DNA of 64,000 nucleotides from SAR92 clade bacterium (GTDB taxonomy: Bacteria > Pseudomonadota > Gammaproteobacteria > Pseudomonadales > Porticoccaceae), in NCBI GenBank assembly GCA_018607525.1, contig JABBBH010000051.1, positions 4,394 through 68,393 on the forward strand, in the 5' to 3' direction. A program made the position numbers and the translations under genes. The notes beneath the pieces are model-generated. The model worked only from the letters and a program-made list of their open reading frames with translations, was not told the origin of the DNA and ran no database searches. Of this stretch, positions 46,609 to 56,962 are shown piece after piece; the first letter of the stretch is position 1, and each line of letters begins with the position of its first letter.

Positions 46609-46842
46609 TTAGGCTGCAGAAGACGAGGAGGCAATAGGCGAAAGTTTACCGCCATTGGCACTGTCACAGGCAATGACCTGAGCTCTAAGATTAATTTCTT
46701 TGGCATTTAACTCAACCAGTTTATTGAGTGCCTGGTCCTGATGTTCATAACAAAAAATAGCCGATGCTTTGAGCTCATCAATCCAGTCTAAATCTTTGCT
46801 AAAATAACGCCCATCGGCATTTTGTAAAACAAATTTAATCAT
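46609..46842 (-). CDS. Hypothetical protein (77 aa), likely co-transcribed with gshA
   Basis: ORF with ATG lying 14 bp before the gshA start on the same strand; no motif recognised. Confidence 0.65.
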   Translation of the reverse strand: MIKFVLQNADGRYFSKDLDWIDELKASAIFCYEHQDQALNKLVELNAKEINLRAQVIACDSANGGKLSPIASSSSAA

Positions 46843-46932
46843 AGGATATAGTCGTGTTCGAGCCTGAGTAGTTAGAGGGCTAGTTTAACCCATACCTCGC
46901 CTCTATAAAAAGAAAATTATAGGGCTCATCGG

Positions 46933-48288
46933 TCATAGATTTTCCTGAAAGGGCAGGCGTTTTCTCCAGCGGTGAAAACTGTTTAAAAACAGGGGTTCTA
47001 AGTAAAAAATACTACCCATATAGGCTAGATTTATTAGCGCTAAGAATAAAAAGAATTGAGGTATGGTCCAGCCTAGTTGGCTCAAGAAGAGCATGCCCAT
47101 TAAATTACCAGACACCATAAATAGGGCATTAAAAATATTATTAACTGAAAGTACTCTAGCGCGGGTTGTACCTTCAGTGTTCTGCTGGATCATAGCGTAA
47201 ATAGGGACTATAAAGAGACCGCCAAAAAGCCCAATAAAGAGCAAATCAAAAAGAATACGAAGTCCTTCCGACATAGTTAAAAATGCCGCCGGTGAAATCA
47301 TGTCGCCTTGGCTGCTGATAGCAGAAAATACGTTGGATGAAAAATACAGGTCAATGGCAAATAGGCTAAGTCCGGCAGCACCCACGGGGACTAAGCCGGG
47401 CTCAACCTTGCCATTGGATAGACGAGTACAGCAGAGTGAGCCAATGGCAACGCCAACAATAAATGCAGCTAATAAGATAGAAATTAGTTTGGGGTCGCCG
47501 GCTAGTATGGTGACCGCAAAGTTAGGCACCTGAGTTAAAAAACAGGCGCCATAAAGCCAGAACCATGAGTTCGAAAAAATGCACAACAAAACAGTTCTGT
47601 TTTGTTTCGCTAGACCAAAGTTATAGATTGTTTCCCGCAGTGGATTAAAGGCTGTAATGCGCTCGCTTGATTGTTTTTCTGGGGGTGCGCTAGGTATCTG
47701 GCAGCTACTCAGCCAGCCGACAATTGCTACTAAAATAACTAATGACCCTAATATTAATGGCCCCTGTGTTTCGGTCACTAGCCAACCACCAATTAGTGTG
47801 CCCAGTAGAATGGAGACAAAAGTGCCCATGCCAACTTGGGCGTTGGCGGCCATGAGTTCGTTACTCTTCATGTGTTGGGGAATAATCGCATATTTGATGG
47901 GGCCAAAAAAAGCAGATTGAACACCAAGCAGAAAAAGTACCCCTAACATTAGGGTCAAATTACCTTGCCACAGTGAGAAGAAGCCAATTAACATTAAAAT
48001 AATTTCTGCGAATTTAATGCGTCTAATTAAGTAGGCCTTATCAAAGCGGTCAGCAAGATGGCCGGCAATGGTTGAAAACAAAAAGAAGGGCAGAATAAAT
48101 AGCCCGGCAGCTAGATTGGTTATAAAGTTTGTATTGTATTGCGAAATGGTGAGTACTGAACTGACCACCATGACTAAAAGCGCATTTTTAAATAGATTAT
48201 CGTTTAAGGCGCCAAGAAATTGAGTGACAAAGAAAGGAAGAAATCGGCGTTCGGCAAACAGATAGAACTGACTTCGATGATTTTTCAC
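46933..48288 (-). CDS. MFS transporter, LplT-like (lysophospholipid flippase family)
   Basis: RRFLPFFVTQFLGALNDNLFK, GHLADRFDK, FFGPIKYAIIPQ, GGLFIVP.YA. Confidence 0.85.
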   Translation of the reverse strand: MKNHRSQFYLFAERRFLPFFVTQFLGALNDNLFKNALLVMVVSSVLTISQYNTNFITNLAAGLFILPFFLFSTIAGHLADRFDKAYLIRRIKFAEIILMLIGFFSLWQGNLTLMLGVLFLLGVQSAFFGPIKYAIIPQHMKSNELMAANAQVGMGTFVSILLGTLIGGWLVTETQGPLILGSLVILVAIVGWLSSCQIPSAPPEKQSSERITAFNPLRETIYNFGLAKQNRTVLLCIFSNSWFWLYGACFLTQVPNFAVTILAGDPKLISILLAAFIVGVAIGSLCCTRLSNGKVEPGLVPVGAAGLSLFAIDLYFSSNVFSAISSQGDMISPAAFLTMSEGLRILFDLLFIGLFGGLFIVPIYAMIQQNTEGTTRARVLSVNNIFNALFMVSGNLMGMLFLSQLGWTIPQFFLFLALINLAYMGSIFYLEPLFLNSFHRWRKRLPFQENL

Positions 48289-48357
48289 TTTCAGCTCCCA
48301 AGGATATTATTGTTTATTTTTAATAACTTAATCTTCCTGCGGGTAGTATGCAAGCGC

Positions 48358-49836
48358 TTATTTTTGATTGTTGGTGATACCTAGCTCGTCCCACAGATCA
48401 TCAATACGCTGTTTGACTTCTGGGTCCATAACAATGGGTTGGCCCCATTCGCGATTAGTTTCGCCCGGTAACTTATTGGTTGCATCCAGTCCCATTTTTG
48501 AGCCTAGGCCAGATACTGGCGAGGCAAAGTCTAAATAATCAATGGGCGTATTATCAATCATAACCGTATCTCGGGAAGGATCCATTCGTGTGGTGATGGC
48601 CCAAATAACATCTTCCCAGTTACGAATATCAATATCCTCATCGGTAACAATGATAAATTTGGTATACATAAATTGACGTAAAAATGACCAGACCCCCATC
48701 ATCACGCGCTTAGCATGCCCGGGAAATTGTTTTTTCATGCTAACAACGGCCATGCGGTAGGAGCATCCTTCTGCAGGCAGATAAAAGTCAGTAATTTCAG
48801 GAAACTGTTTTTGTAAAATTGGCACAAACACTTCATTTAGTGCAACGCCAAGTATTGCCGGCTCGTCGGGCGGGCGGCCTGTGTAGGTGCTGTGATAAAT
48901 AGGGTCTTTACGGTGAGTGATGCGCTCGACAGTAAATACAGGAAAGCTCTCAACTTCATTGTAGTAACCGGTATGATCCCCAAAGGGGCCTTCATCGGCT
49001 TCTTCGCCCGGTTGTAAGTAACCTTCTAAGATTATTTCTGCAGTAGCCGGCACCTGAAGGTCACTGCCAATACATTTAACAACAGAGGTTTTTTCACCGC
49101 GCAGTAGACCTGCAAAGGCATATTCAGAGAGGCTGTCTGGTACTGGGGTAACCGCGCCCAAGGTTGTAGCAGGGTCGGCACCTAGTGCGATGGCAACCGG
49201 ATAGGGCTTGCCAGGATGTTTTTGCTGCCAATCACGATAATCTAGAGCACCGCCACGATGTGCCAGCCAGCGCATAATGAGTTTGTTTTTAGTCAGTTTC
49301 TGCATGCGATAAATGCCAAGATTCTGACGTTCTTTATCGGGGCCTCGCGTAACAATCAAGGGCCATGTAATTAGAGGAGATACGTCGCCCGGCCAGCAGG
49401 TTTGAATGGGTATACTATCTAAATTGACCTCATCACCCTCAATAACCACTTCTTGGCAGGGGGCTTTCTTAAGATTTTTAACAGGCATATTAAGCACCTG
49501 TTTAAAATCATGACGCTTTCCCCAAAGATCACGCAGGCTTTTGGGAGGTTCAGGCTGCTTTAAGAAGGCCAGTAACTCGCCAACATCTCTTAATGCTTCT
49601 ACAGAGTCTTGCCCCATGCCCATAGCAACGCGCTTTGGCGTGCCAAACAGGTTACATAAGACGGGCATAGAATAGCCCTTAGGGTTTTCGAATAATAGAG
49701 CAGGGCCTTTGGCGCGCAGCGTTCGATCGCTGATCTCAGTCATTTCTAGATGAGGATCGACCTCATGTGTAATGCGCACAAGCTCACCCTGCTGTTCTAG
49801 GTATGAGATAAATTCGCGGAGATCAGAATGCTTCAT
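48358..49836 (-). CDS. ubiD: 4-hydroxy-3-polyprenylbenzoate decarboxylase
   Basis: [38 protein letters not shown]. Confidence 0.97.
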   Translation of the reverse strand: MKHSDLREFISYLEQQGELVRITHEVDPHLEMTEISDRTLRAKGPALLFENPKGYSMPVLCNLFGTPKRVAMGMGQDSVEALRDVGELLAFLKQPEPPKSLRDLWGKRHDFKQVLNMPVKNLKKAPCQEVVIEGDEVNLDSIPIQTCWPGDVSPLITWPLIVTRGPDKERQNLGIYRMQKLTKNKLIMRWLAHRGGALDYRDWQQKHPGKPYPVAIALGADPATTLGAVTPVPDSLSEYAFAGLLRGEKTSVVKCIGSDLQVPATAEIILEGYLQPGEEADEGPFGDHTGYYNEVESFPVFTVERITHRKDPIYHSTYTGRPPDEPAILGVALNEVFVPILQKQFPEITDFYLPAEGCSYRMAVVSMKKQFPGHAKRVMMGVWSFLRQFMYTKFIIVTDEDIDIRNWEDVIWAITTRMDPSRDTVMIDNTPIDYLDFASPVSGLGSKMGLDATNKLPGETNREWGQPIVMDPEVKQRIDDLWDELGITNNQK

Positions 49837-49884
49837 GGTGCGAGCCCAAAAGTTGTTAAGGCAGACTAATTATCTGCGTGCCAA

Positions 49885-51144
49885 CTACTTACGCTTCATA
49901 GCGCCAAAAAATTCACCGTTGCTCTTAAATCCTTTTAATTTTTCTATCATAAACTCAACCGCTGGAAGGTCTTCCATATCATGAAGGAGTTTACGAAGAA
50001 TCCAAACACGTTGCAGTTCAGACTCGTTCATTAATAAGTCTTCTCGGCGAGTACCTGAACGACGAATATTAATAGCAGGATAGACACGTTTTTCAGCGAT
50101 TTTACGATCTAGAATAAGCTCCATGTTACCTGTGCCTTTAAATTCTTCGTAGATCACTTCGTCCATTTTGGAACCGGTGTCAACCAGGGCTGTAGCAATA
50201 ATACTCAGACTGCCGCCATTTTCAATATTTCGTGCAGCACCAAAAAAACGTTTGGGCTTTTCAAGAGCGTGAGCATCAACACCACCGGTTAAAACTTTAC
50301 CTGACGAAGGAATGACCGTGTTGTAGGCTCGAGCTAAGCGAGTAACAGAATCCAGCAAAATAACCACGTCTTTTTTGTGCTCTACCAGACGCTTGGCTTT
50401 TTCAATAACCATTTCTGCAACCTGAACATGGCGACTGGGCGGCTCGTCAAAGGTTGAAGCAATGACTTCTCCTCGAACCGTTCGCTGCATTTCAGTCACT
50501 TCTTCTGGACGCTCATCGATTAGCAAAACAATAATATAGCATTCAGGGTTGTTGCGAATAATCGATTGCGCAATGTTCTGCATCATAATTGTTTTACCCG
50601 CTTTTGGCGGCGCAACAATCAGGCCCCTTTGACCCTTACCAATGGGCGAAACTAAATCAATAACACGTCCAGTCAAATCTTCTGTAGAGCCATTTCCTGA
50701 TTCGAGAGCCAAGAGCTCGTCTGGAAATAATGGAGTAAGGTTTTCAAATAGAATTTTATTGCGAGCATTCTCTGGGGCATCAAAGTTAATTTCATCAACT
50801 TTGAGCATGGCAAAATAGCGCTCACCATCTTTTGGTGGTCTAATTTTGCCGGCTATTCTGTCACCTGTTCTTAGGTTGAATCGTCTAATCTGGCTGGGCG
50901 ATACATAAATATCGTCTGGCCCGGCTAAGTATGAAGCCCCTGCAGAGCGTAAAAATCCAAATCCATCAGGTAGTATTTCGAGTACTCCGTCGCCGTAAAT
51001 ATCTTCACCGCTTTTGGCGTGTCTTTTAAGGAGAGCGAAAATGATGTCTTGTTTGCGTGAACGCGCCAGATTATCAAGCCCCATTGAGGCTGTCATTTCT
51101 AGTAATTCATCGATTGGTTTTTGCTTAAGTTCTGATAGGTTCAT
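49885..51144 (-). CDS. rho: Transcription termination factor Rho
   Basis: [33 protein letters not shown]. Confidence 0.99.
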   Translation of the reverse strand: MNLSELKQKPIDELLEMTASMGLDNLARSRKQDIIFALLKRHAKSGEDIYGDGVLEILPDGFGFLRSAGASYLAGPDDIYVSPSQIRRFNLRTGDRIAGKIRPPKDGERYFAMLKVDEINFDAPENARNKILFENLTPLFPDELLALESGNGSTEDLTGRVIDLVSPIGKGQRGLIVAPPKAGKTIMMQNIAQSIIRNNPECYIIVLLIDERPEEVTEMQRTVRGEVIASTFDEPPSRHVQVAEMVIEKAKRLVEHKKDVVILLDSVTRLARAYNTVIPSSGKVLTGGVDAHALEKPKRFFGAARNIENGGSLSIIATALVDTGSKMDEVIYEEFKGTGNMELILDRKIAEKRVYPAINIRRSGTRREDLLMNESELQRVWILRKLLHDMEDLPAVEFMIEKLKGFKSNGEFFGAMKRK

Positions 51145-51317
51145 AGAATGTTCTTAGGATTAGTAATTCGGAGAATTGGCAACAGCCAAAGGTTGTTTTG
51201 TTTGATTGTAGTCTAAAGCCGACTGAGGCACTTAATTATTTTACTTGGTTGCCAGAAGGCGCTTTGAATTGATATGGGAGTAGACTAAAGGGTTGTGCAA
51301 GTAAACGCAAGCTGAAT

Positions 51318-51343
51318 TTGCGGCCCCCCGAAAGAGGCCGCAA
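51318..51343 (-). promoter_or_regulatory. GC-rich hairpin just after the trxA stop, at the start of the rho leader
   Basis: TTGCGGCC (51318-51325) pairs with GGCCGCAA (51336-51343); no clear U tract in the trxA-to-rho direction. Confidence 0.65.
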
Positions 51344-51348
51344 CAAAA

Positions 51349-51675
51349 TTAAAGAAGGCTGTCAACAAACTCGGCTAATTGACCCTTTGAGAGAGCGCCC
51401 ACTTTGGTGGCCTCAATTGCACCATTTTTAAACCCGAGCAATGTTGGGATACCGCGAACATTAAATTTAGCCGCGCTTTCTGGACTACTGTCCACGTCCA
51501 CTTTACAGACCTTAACCTTGCCGTCGTAATCAATCGCTATTTCGTCGAGTAGCGGGGCAATCATTTTACATGGACCGCACCAAGGCGCCCAAAAATCAAC
51601 TAAAACAGGAACATCTGACTGAAGCACATCGGCTTCAAAGCTAGCATCGGTAACGTGAACAACAGAATCACTCAT
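51349..51675 (-). CDS. trxA: Thioredoxin
   Basis: [18 protein letters not shown]; upstream of rho. Confidence 0.99.
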   Translation of the reverse strand: MSDSVVHVTDASFEADVLQSDVPVLVDFWAPWCGPCKMIAPLLDEIAIDYDGKVKVCKVDVDSSPESAAKFNVRGIPTLLGFKNGAIEATKVGALSKGQLAEFVDSLL

Positions 51676-51800
51676 TAGGAATTTTCTCCAACTAAGAGGG
51701 TTAATTTAATATTTTTGCTTGGGGCTTATAATAGCACTAGGGGTGAGTCTGGAACAATTAATATACTTAATACCCTGCAAAAGAATTATTAATATTGGGT

Positions 51801-52727
51801 TTATTCGAAGGTGGCGACAGGCTCTTTGCCAACCACTGATTTAGGATCTATGTGAACAATTATTTCTGATTTAGGGTAAGTTTGTTCTAGCGTAGCTTCA
51901 ACTTCATCGGAAACATTGTGCGCTTCAAATAGCGTCAGCTCGTCCTCAATTTCAAGATGAAACTGAATAAATGTCATGGTGCCAGAATGGCGTGTTCTTA
52001 AATCATGAAGCCCTAACGCCTTGGGATGTGCGCGCACAATTTTTTTAATATTGTCACGTACCTCATCGGGTAGCTCTCTATCCATAAGCTGATCCATGGA
52101 TATCCGAAGAATGTTCCAAGCGCTGTATAGAATGTAGCAGGCAATAATGCCACCTATGATTGGGTCAAAAATCGAAAGACCCATGGTGGATAGCCACAAC
52201 GCCAGTATGACTGCACTATTCATTAAAAGGTCAGACTTATAATGCATCGCATCGGCAGTAATAGCGACAGATTGGGTTTTTTTAATCACATGTTGCTGGA
52301 AGCCAACCAGTAACAGGGTCACGACAATAGTGACGGCCACCACGATCATACTGATTATTGGATATTTAATTTCAACCGGGTTGATAATGTTGCTACCAAC
52401 TTCTATCAATAAAAAGAGGGCGGATCCTGCAATAAATAGTGACTGACTCAGCCCCGCAAGCGCCTCAGCTTTACCATGACCAAAGCGGTGTTCCTTGTCT
52501 GCTGGTGTTAACGCATGTCTAACAGCAAATAAATTTATAATAGAGGCAAAGGCATCCAGTATCGAGTCGATTAAGGTCGCTAATAGACTTACCGAGTCAG
52601 ACTGACTCCAGGCCACTAGCTTTACCAAAATTAAAAATACAGCAACAGACACGGAGGCATAGGTTGCCAGCCGCATAAGTCGTGCACTTTCATCTGGTAC
52701 TGAATGGTTAGGGATATTATTGTCCAA
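51801..52727 (-). CDS. Cation diffusion facilitator transporter (FieF-like)
   Basis: SVSLLA.LIDS..D, HRFGHGKAE, ADAMHYKSD, H.LRTR.SG, HIDP; the start may be 52727 (TTG) or 52676 (ATG). Confidence 0.92.
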   Translation of the reverse strand: MDNNIPNHSVPDESARLMRLATYASVSVAVFLILVKLVAWSQSDSVSLLATLIDSILDAFASIINLFAVRHALTPADKEHRFGHGKAEALAGLSQSLFIAGSALFLLIEVGSNIINPVEIKYPIISMIVVAVTIVVTLLLVGFQQHVIKKTQSVAITADAMHYKSDLLMNSAVILALWLSTMGLSIFDPIIGGIIACYILYSAWNILRISMDQLMDRELPDEVRDNIKKIVRAHPKALGLHDLRTRHSGTMTFIQFHLEIEDELTLFEAHNVSDEVEATLEQTYPKSEIIVHIDPKSVVGKEPVATFE

Positions 52728-52800
52728 TTTAATTATTTATATATTTGTTTTGTATTTTGTTAAGAGCTTAACAAAAAATGGGTAAACAGTAGAGTAAAAA

Positions 52801-53940
52801 TTATGAAAAGCGCTGTAGCACCGAATCAAGATAGCGCATACCCCTGTCGGTAGTGCAATAATTCGCTGACTGGCTATTGAGCAGCCCATCCGCTTCAAGC
52901 TGCGAAATCAGCAGGGCTATATTGGACGGGTCAATCCCTGTGCGCTGGGCATATAATTCTTTGTTTACGCCCTGTGTCAGGCGTAAGGCATTCATCATAA
53001 ATTCCAGACTTAGCTGGTCCGGATTTATGGGTTTTTGAGTTGCGATGGCGGTCTTTTCTCGACTCATAAAATGTTCCGGCTGACGTGTTTTAGCGGTTCG
53101 AACAATCTCAGCATTTTCCGGCATAGTCAGCTTGCCATGGGCGCCAGCGCCAATGCCTAGATAGTCGCCAAATTGCCAATAGTTTAGATTATGCCTGCAG
53201 GCCTCACCGGCTTTACCAAAAGCCGACACCTCATACTGAGAAAATCCTGCGCTACTGAGCTTGTGCATACCAAGATCTTGAATATCCGCAAGTTGATCCT
53301 CTTCTGGCAGGACGGGTGGTCTTGAAAAGAAGCTAGTGTTCGGCTCAATGGTTAGCTGGTACCAAGAAATATGGGTGGCACCGGTTTGAATGGCTATGTC
53401 TAGATCGACCATCGCATCTTCTCGGCTTTGATCGGGTAAGCCATGCATCAAATCAATATTAAAGCGCTCAAAACCAGATTTTTGTGCCATTTCAATAGCT
53501 TTTTTGGCATGTTCTGCGCTGTGAATACGGCCAAGACTTTTTAGGTGTTGGTCATTAAAGCTTTGCACGCCTATGGATAGCCTGTTGACGCCGGCGGTAT
53601 AAAAACCAGCAAATTTTTGCTGTTCTGCTGAACCCGGGTTAGCTTCAAGGGTTATTTCTATGTTTGCCTCGAAGCCAATGTGTTTTTCTGCGGCACTAAT
53701 AATTTTTTCGATGGATTGGGCGGAAAATAGACTGGGCGTTCCGCCGCCAAAAAATATTGAATGTAACTTTCTATTTTTAACCCAGTGCAAATCATTGTTT
53801 AGGTCTTTAAGAAGAGCCTGTAAATACGCCTGTTCGGGAATATTTTCATGCCCTTGGTGCGAATTAAAATCGCAATAGGGGCATTTTTTTATGCACCAAG
53901 GAATATGTACATAGAGTGAAAGGGGAGGCAGCTCTAGCAT
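52801..53940 (-). CDS. hemW: Radical SAM heme chaperone HemW (YggW)
   Basis: YVHIPWCIKKCPYCDFNSH, FFGGGTPS, HNLNYW.FGDYLGIGAGAHG. Confidence 0.96.
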   Translation of the reverse strand: MLELPPLSLYVHIPWCIKKCPYCDFNSHQGHENIPEQAYLQALLKDLNNDLHWVKNRKLHSIFFGGGTPSLFSAQSIEKIISAAEKHIGFEANIEITLEANPGSAEQQKFAGFYTAGVNRLSIGVQSFNDQHLKSLGRIHSAEHAKKAIEMAQKSGFERFNIDLMHGLPDQSREDAMVDLDIAIQTGATHISWYQLTIEPNTSFFSRPPVLPEEDQLADIQDLGMHKLSSAGFSQYEVSAFGKAGEACRHNLNYWQFGDYLGIGAGAHGKLTMPENAEIVRTAKTRQPEHFMSREKTAIATQKPINPDQLSLEFMMNALRLTQGVNKELYAQRTGIDPSNIALLISQLEADGLLNSQSANYCTTDRGMRYLDSVLQRFS

Positions 53941-53952
53941 CGCAATAATTTG

Positions 53953-54546
53953 TTATTTGAGTGTTTCAAGAAGCTGCGCAATGGCCTTGCCGCGATGACT
54001 AACAGTATTTTTAACGGATTTATCAAGTTCAGCGGCATGACAGTCTGCATCAAGTGGTTTGAAAATAGGGTCATAGCCAAACCCTTCATGGCCTTTTTCC
54101 TGAAAAGCAATTTCGCCCTCCCAGGTGCCCTGGCAGATAATAGGTGTGGGGTCGGTCCCGTGGCGCATAACCACAATAACGGTTTGGTATCTGGCTTTGC
54201 GTTGTTCGGCGGGCACAGATTTTAGGGCAGACATGAGTTTATCAAGATTAGTTTGATCGTTAGCGCCAAGGCCCGCATAGCGCGCTGAATAAATTCCGGG
54301 CGCACCCTTAAGATAGTCAACCTCCAAGCCTGAATCATCTGCTATCGCGGCAAGACCAGACTGTTCTGCGGCATGACGTGCTTTTAAGATAGCATTTTCA
54401 ACAAAGGTGAGACCGGTTTCGTCGGCATCTTCGATACCCAGCGACTGCTGTGGAATAATGTTAATTCCTAGGCCGCCAAGCATATGCTGTAGTTCTTTGA
54501 TTTTGCCCTGATTACTGCTGGCTAATACTAAATCTTTTAAGTCCAT
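53953..54546 (-). CDS. rdgB: dITP/XTP pyrophosphatase RdgB
   Basis: ASSNQGKIKE, DDSGLEVD, APGIYSARYAG, FGYDPIF, SHRG.A. Confidence 0.97.
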   Translation of the reverse strand: MDLKDLVLASSNQGKIKELQHMLGGLGINIIPQQSLGIEDADETGLTFVENAILKARHAAEQSGLAAIADDSGLEVDYLKGAPGIYSARYAGLGANDQTNLDKLMSALKSVPAEQRKARYQTVIVVMRHGTDPTPIICQGTWEGEIAFQEKGHEGFGYDPIFKPLDADCHAAELDKSVKNTVSHRGKAIAQLLETLK

Positions 54547-54569
54547 AGTAGCTGATTCCAAACAGATGA

Positions 54570-55004
54570 TTAGGGATTGTGATACATCTTCTTTTGAAAT
54601 TTGAAGTCATAAGGAAACTGACTTTTCCCAGCTGTCACATTAATTTTAAATGTAAGCAGATCTTCATTTTCAAATTCAAAAGGGGCTAAGTAGTAAACAG
54701 TTGACTGTTCTTTGATCGCCACAAACTCAAGCTGTTGGGTTTGCTGAAAAATATTTTTCACCACACCCGTAACTTTTGCGGGAATACCTTGCCCCAAGGT
54801 TTTGACCACAGCGATATTTACTAGGCCGCGATCTTTGCCGCGCACAAAATTGTTTGCCACTGCAATTTCCGGAGTTAGAAAAGAGCTGTCAAAGGCGCTA
54901 TAAAAAATTTTTAAGTCACCATGCTGTTTTACATGGCTCTGTTTAACGGGCTCTGAAAATGCAGCAGAAGCTAAAAGCAGGGACAAAAGTACTAGGTGCT
55001 TCAT
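54570..55004 (-). CDS. DUF4426 family periplasmic protein (YggI-like)
   Basis: Signal peptide, YSAFDSSFLTPEIA, IKEQ..VYYLA; usual position between metW and rdgB. Confidence 0.8.
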   Translation of the reverse strand: MKHLVLLSLLLASAAFSEPVKQSHVKQHGDLKIFYSAFDSSFLTPEIAVANNFVRGKDRGLVNIAVVKTLGQGIPAKVTGVVKNIFQQTQQLEFVAIKEQSTVYYLAPFEFENEDLLTFKINVTAGKSQFPYDFKFQKKMYHNP

Positions 55005-55022
55005 AAAAGTTCTCTTAAGGGG

Positions 55023-55613
55023 TTATCGACTTAGGTGATACACCGCAATCTCGGTAAATAGATTAGGAAAAACACTTTTAAGTGCTTTGTCAGCCACACC
55101 CTGAGCCATAAATTCGCGATGAAGAATATTGATACTGCGTTCTTTACACAGGGCTTCAAAGTCATCATAGGTGAAAAAATGAATATTGGGTGTGTCATAC
55201 CATTGGTAGGCGAGCTGTTTGGTGACCGGCATACGACCGAGAAAATTTAGATAGGCTCTGGTTCGCCAATGACCAAAATTTGGAAAGGTAACAATGCACT
55301 TGCTGCCAATTCTGAGTATCTCGTCAAGCACTAGGTGGGGGTAGCGCAATGCTTGCAAAGTCTGGGTCATTAAAACTGTATCAAAGCTTTGATCAGCAAA
55401 GTTTTTTAGGCCTTTATTTAGATCCTGTTCGATAACATTGACGCCTTTTTCGAGACAGCGACTAATGGAATTAGGGTCAATTTCTAACCCATAGCCAATA
55501 ACATCTAGTTGCTCTTGAAGACTTGCCAGAAGTGCGCCGTCACCACAACCCAGATCTAAGACGCGGGAGTTGGGCTCAATCCAGGGTTTAATCAAATCAA
55601 GTTTATGATTCAT
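55023..55613 (-). CDS. metW: Methionine biosynthesis protein MetW
   Basis: RVLDLGCGDG.LL, TFPNFGHW, WYDTPNIH. Confidence 0.95.
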   Translation of the reverse strand: MNHKLDLIKPWIEPNSRVLDLGCGDGALLASLQEQLDVIGYGLEIDPNSISRCLEKGVNVIEQDLNKGLKNFADQSFDTVLMTQTLQALRYPHLVLDEILRIGSKCIVTFPNFGHWRTRAYLNFLGRMPVTKQLAYQWYDTPNIHFFTYDDFEALCKERSINILHREFMAQGVADKALKSVFPNLFTEIAVYHLSR

Positions 55614-56785
55614 GATCCGCCCTCTAAACGATCTGCCAGCTTGCTAAGGTAGCCGCCAAGTGCCTTTTGATAGCGCTCATTAGGCAGTAAAAAGGCATCA
55701 TGGCCATGATCTGAGTCTATGGCAATATAGGAAACGTTCTTTCCTGCAGCGATTAATGCATCGGTAATTTCCTGAGACCTATCTGGCGAGAAACGCCAAT
55801 CACTGCTAAATGAAACCACCAAGAACTTACATTTAGCATGACTAAAGGCTGCCACTGGGTCGTGGTTATATTCTCGAGCAAGATCAAAGTAATCAAGCAT
55901 TTTGGTAATCAAAATATAGCTATTGGCATCAAAAAAGTCAGAGAACTTATCGCCTTGATAATTTAAATAGCTTTCAATTTGAAATTCCACAGGATCTGTT
56001 TTTCCCTGAAGAAGATCGCCTGACCTTAGGTCGCGGCCAAATTTTTGCCCCATAAGCTCATCGGATAAATAGGTCACATGACCGATCATTCTCGCCAGTG
56101 CCAATCCATTGTGGGGCACCTTATTGTGCTGCAAATAGTTACCATCGCAAAAATCAGCATCTGATTTAATCGCTTTGCGAGCAATTTCATTAAAGGCAAT
56201 ATTTTGTGCAGTTAATTTCATGGATGATGCAATCACTACTGCATGTTGCAGTTCGTCGGGGTGCTCTAGCGACCAACGCATCGCCTGCATTCCGCCCAAG
56301 CTTCCACCAACCACTGCCGCCCAGCATTTAATTTTGAGATGCTGCATTAATAGCCGCTGTGAGGCTACCCAGTCTCTCGCTCTAAGCGGGGGGAAATCTG
56401 CGCCATAGGGTTTGCCGGTTTCGGGATTTTCGGATGCTGGGCCGGTGCTGCCAAAGCAGCTGCCAATATTATTTACCGATACAATATAAAAGCGGTTGCT
56501 GTCGATAGGCTTGCCGGGTCCAATATAATTGTCCCACCAGCCTGTTTTTGTTTCGCCCTCATGGTGACCAGCTGCATGATGATCACCACTTAAGGCGTGA
56601 CAAATTAAAATCCCATTACTACGGTCTTTATTCAGCGTGCCATAAGTCTCATAAACCAGCCTATGACTGGGCAAAATCACCCCACAGGCAAGTTTGAGCG
56701 GCTGCTCAATAACCACCTGCTGAGGCTTAACCAGACCCACTGAACTGTCTTGGTTATTCTGATTGTTATGCGAATCTGATGACAT
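55610..56785 (-). CDS. metX: Homoserine O-acyltransferase, MetX family (acetyl versus succinyl not resolved)
   Basis: CHALSGDHH, GGSLGGMQ, HGHDAFL; likely ATG at 56785. Confidence 0.95.
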   Translation of the reverse strand: MSSDSHNNQNNQDSSVGLVKPQQVVIEQPLKLACGVILPSHRLVYETYGTLNKDRSNGILICHALSGDHHAAGHHEGETKTGWWDNYIGPGKPIDSNRFYIVSVNNIGSCFGSTGPASENPETGKPYGADFPPLRARDWVASQRLLMQHLKIKCWAAVVGGSLGGMQAMRWSLEHPDELQHAVVIASSMKLTAQNIAFNEIARKAIKSDADFCDGNYLQHNKVPHNGLALARMIGHVTYLSDELMGQKFGRDLRSGDLLQGKTDPVEFQIESYLNYQGDKFSDFFDANSYILITKMLDYFDLAREYNHDPVAAFSHAKCKFLVVSFSSDWRFSPDRSQEITDALIAAGKNVSYIAIDSDHGHDAFLLPNERYQKALGGYLSKLADRLEGGS

Positions 56786-56962
56786 AGTTAATTCATTTAA
56801 ATTGTATTCTGCAAGTCTAAGAGCGCCCAGCCGTTTAAGCAATAGCCACTGAACAAACTATTGCTCACAAATCTAAAATGGACACTGATTTTTCATACTA
56901 TACCTGATAAGGTCGAGATCGTTGACTTTAATAACATGCAACTACAGCGCGAGAGGATTCAT

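Noticed and set aside
56790-56830. Segment resembling a SAM-II riboswitch core (ATTTAAATTGTATTCTGCAAG) near metX
   Set aside because: It is on the strand opposite to metX and lacks the P1 arm and the 3' AAAUGUAGCUAAAA element.
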